Part shown: positions 18,642 to 20,000 of the stretch, in pieces
Layout of the letters: each line of letters opens with the position of its first letter
Position numbering within the stretch: position 1 is the stretch's first letter
From: Balamuthia mandrillaris
Taxonomy: Eukaryota
NCBI GenBank assembly: GCA_031835245.2
Contig: JAVKOQ020000041.1
Coordinates: forward strand, 243,674-263,673
Direction: 5' to 3'
DNA length: 20,000 nt
The notes under the pieces: model-generated
Told to the model about the DNA's origin: nothing
Database searches by the model: none
Seen by the model: the letters and a program-made list of their open reading frames with translations, nothing else
Translations under genes and position numbers: made by a program

Positions 18642-19032
18642 GTTCTTTTTGGCTGACAGTTTGCTATTTTCTTTTATGAAGGCGTTGTTCTTGATACGGA
18701 CGAAAGGAGCACCGGAACTTAAAGAAAAGCAACGCTGGGGCAAGCCTTTCCGTAACTTTTTGAGCCACTGTTTACGGAAGGATCACAAGGACCGACCTAC
18801 TGCTCTCGATCTTCTTCACAAGGTTTCTTCTTTCCTTTCTTTCTCGTTTCTTCCTTGCGTTCTTTCTCACTTTGCTGTGCAGCATCCATTCTTGAACCAA
18901 GCCCACGAAGAAGGATGGGAAGAGGGAAGTAAGGCTGTTTTGAAAGCTCTTTTCCTTCAACATCAGCCAGTGGAAGAGCCAAAACGAGGTCAGCAACCAG
19001 GTACTGCTTCCTCCTCCAGTATGTTTTTGTAG
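13387..19032 (+). CDS. Multi-domain protein: uncharacterised N-terminal domain - Ser/Pro-rich region - IPT/TIG-like - ankyrin - CRIB/PBD - STE20/PAK-type pseudokinase; exons 13387-13839, 13968-14252, 14422-15112, 15197-15388, 15488-15545, 15638-16157, 16252-16702, 16799-17007, 17139-17472, 17553-17665, 17788-18018, 18101-18200, 18268-18319, 18446-18590, 18682-18822, 18883-19032
   Basis: CRIB: VSMPLNVRHLIHADFNAASGFRGMPSEW..ISKDEALEEPDAVLDVLQF. Kinase fold: HENIVQFLDAF..LWVVM, KVDVWSVGV, ALFLI, FRNFLSHCL..RPTALDLLHKHPFL. Ankyrin: RTLLHLFC, GCLPLHFAA, GEIALQIA. IPT-like: LRSISPK..VWLLGENFPRALRITF. A continuous in-frame model exists, but junctions near 13840-13967, 15389-15637 and 16703-16798 have alternatives. 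Confidence 0.75.
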
Positions 19033-19217
19033 GAAGTGCCAGGAGAAGGTGAAACAAACTGTAACAGAGAAAGAAAGAAAGAAAGGACAAGAGAGAATAA
19101 ACGGAAGAGAAGTAAAGAAAAATAATAATTTAATGATGAAGAGGTGTTGGTGGTAGGTAGTCCTCTTCAAGAGAAAGAAAGGAGAACAGAACAAAAAAAA
19201 ATCACGCACGAATCGCA

Positions 19218-19905
19218 TCAGCTCCGTTTGGAAGGACCTACCAAGGGTTGATCTGGAGAGGTGCGTTGTGCTTTGGAATAGGACTGTAACCGATAGAACC
19301 AAACACGTAAAGTTGAGCATAGAATAGGATAAGGACAAAAAGAAGCAAGAAGCAAGAGAGAAGGAGAAGAAAATTAGATGAGAAGAAAGGAGAGAGACCT
19401 TGGCAGGGCCATAGTTTCGGCATTTCGCTTTGAACAGAGTGAGAGATCTGTTTTTCACTATTCGCTCCACGTCCAGCTCGGCTTGCATGTTGCTGAGAAC
19501 GCTCTGAGCGTCCATGAGCTCCAGGTCGAGGTCAGTGTCGTCCGGGTCCTCCTCTAACTCCTTTCGCAGTCGGCTCACTCGTTCCTCGTTCCTTTTGACG
19601 CATTTGCTGATCTCTCTGTCTCGCAGGTTGTACCCTGAAAAAGCAAAGTCATCGCGAGTGTCAACAGCAAAAGTAGGAGTGAAAGAAGAGGGAAAAGAGA
19701 GTGAACAGAGAGAGAGAAGAAAGAGCACTAAACCAGACAAAAGTTGTGACCAGATCTTGCCACACTCCTCCGCAGAGCCAGTGTTCACTTTATTCATGGT
19801 AAACATGATGTAGTCATCATCCTTGCGAAGCTCATTCAACTGTTCTTCAAACTCGGAAAAATCATCACAAGGCAGATCTACTGCACTAGCGTCCCTGCGT
19901 TCCAT
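19218..19905 (-). CDS. MIX23: MIX23/CCDC58 (Cid2 family) mitochondrial intermembrane-space protein; exons 19905-19734, 19634-19399, 19283-19218
   Basis: PCDDFSEFEEQLNELRKDDDYI..C.KIWSQL..RDREISKC..MQAELDVERIVKNRSLTLFKAKC matches the CCDC58 pattern (C..F.EF...L...R..DD.I, R...I..C, ELNVE.VV..RS...F...C). Confidence 0.85.
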
Positions 19906-20000
19906 CGTTTTATCTTTATTTTATTTTCCTTTAAAAAAAAAAGGTACGCCTAATTAGACTCCGCGCGGGAGTACATCCTCCTCCACGCAAACAAAAAAGA

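Noticed and set aside
1..20000. CRISPR array, transposase, Fanzor/TnpB, reverse transcriptase, tRNA or rRNA genes; numerous antisense short ORFs
   Set aside because: No repeat-spacer structure or diagnostic motifs seen. The remaining ORFs are shadows of real exons or of low-complexity introns.

Overview
Gene-dense, intron-rich eukaryotic DNA. GT-AG introns of about 55-500 nt, CT/GA microsatellites and short intergenic spacers suggest an amoebozoan-type protist such as Balamuthia/Acanthamoeba (inference). I spliced exons by hand and checked phase at each junction. Genes, in order: a weakly supported minus-strand hypothetical gene, a CASTOR/GATSL-like ACT-domain protein, a thioredoxin-SHP-UBA-UBX fusion, a small secreted 10-Cys protein, a membrane-anchored ankyrin protein, uridine-cytidine kinase with a box C/D snoRNA candidate in intron 4, RPL13, calcineurin B, a 16-exon [putative DNA-binding domain]-IPT/TIG-ankyrin-CRIB-PAK pseudokinase gene, and MIX23/CCDC58. 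Most notable: (1) the transcription-factor-like/PAK-pseudokinase fusion, head-to-head with calcineurin B; (2) two unexplained, densely base-paired intergenic elements of about 250 nt (2298-2541 and 6165-6420, the latter with a possible pseudoknot); (3) the Trx-UBA-UBX fusion with an in-frame intron splitting the WCGPC motif; (4) an apparently orphan intronic snoRNA.
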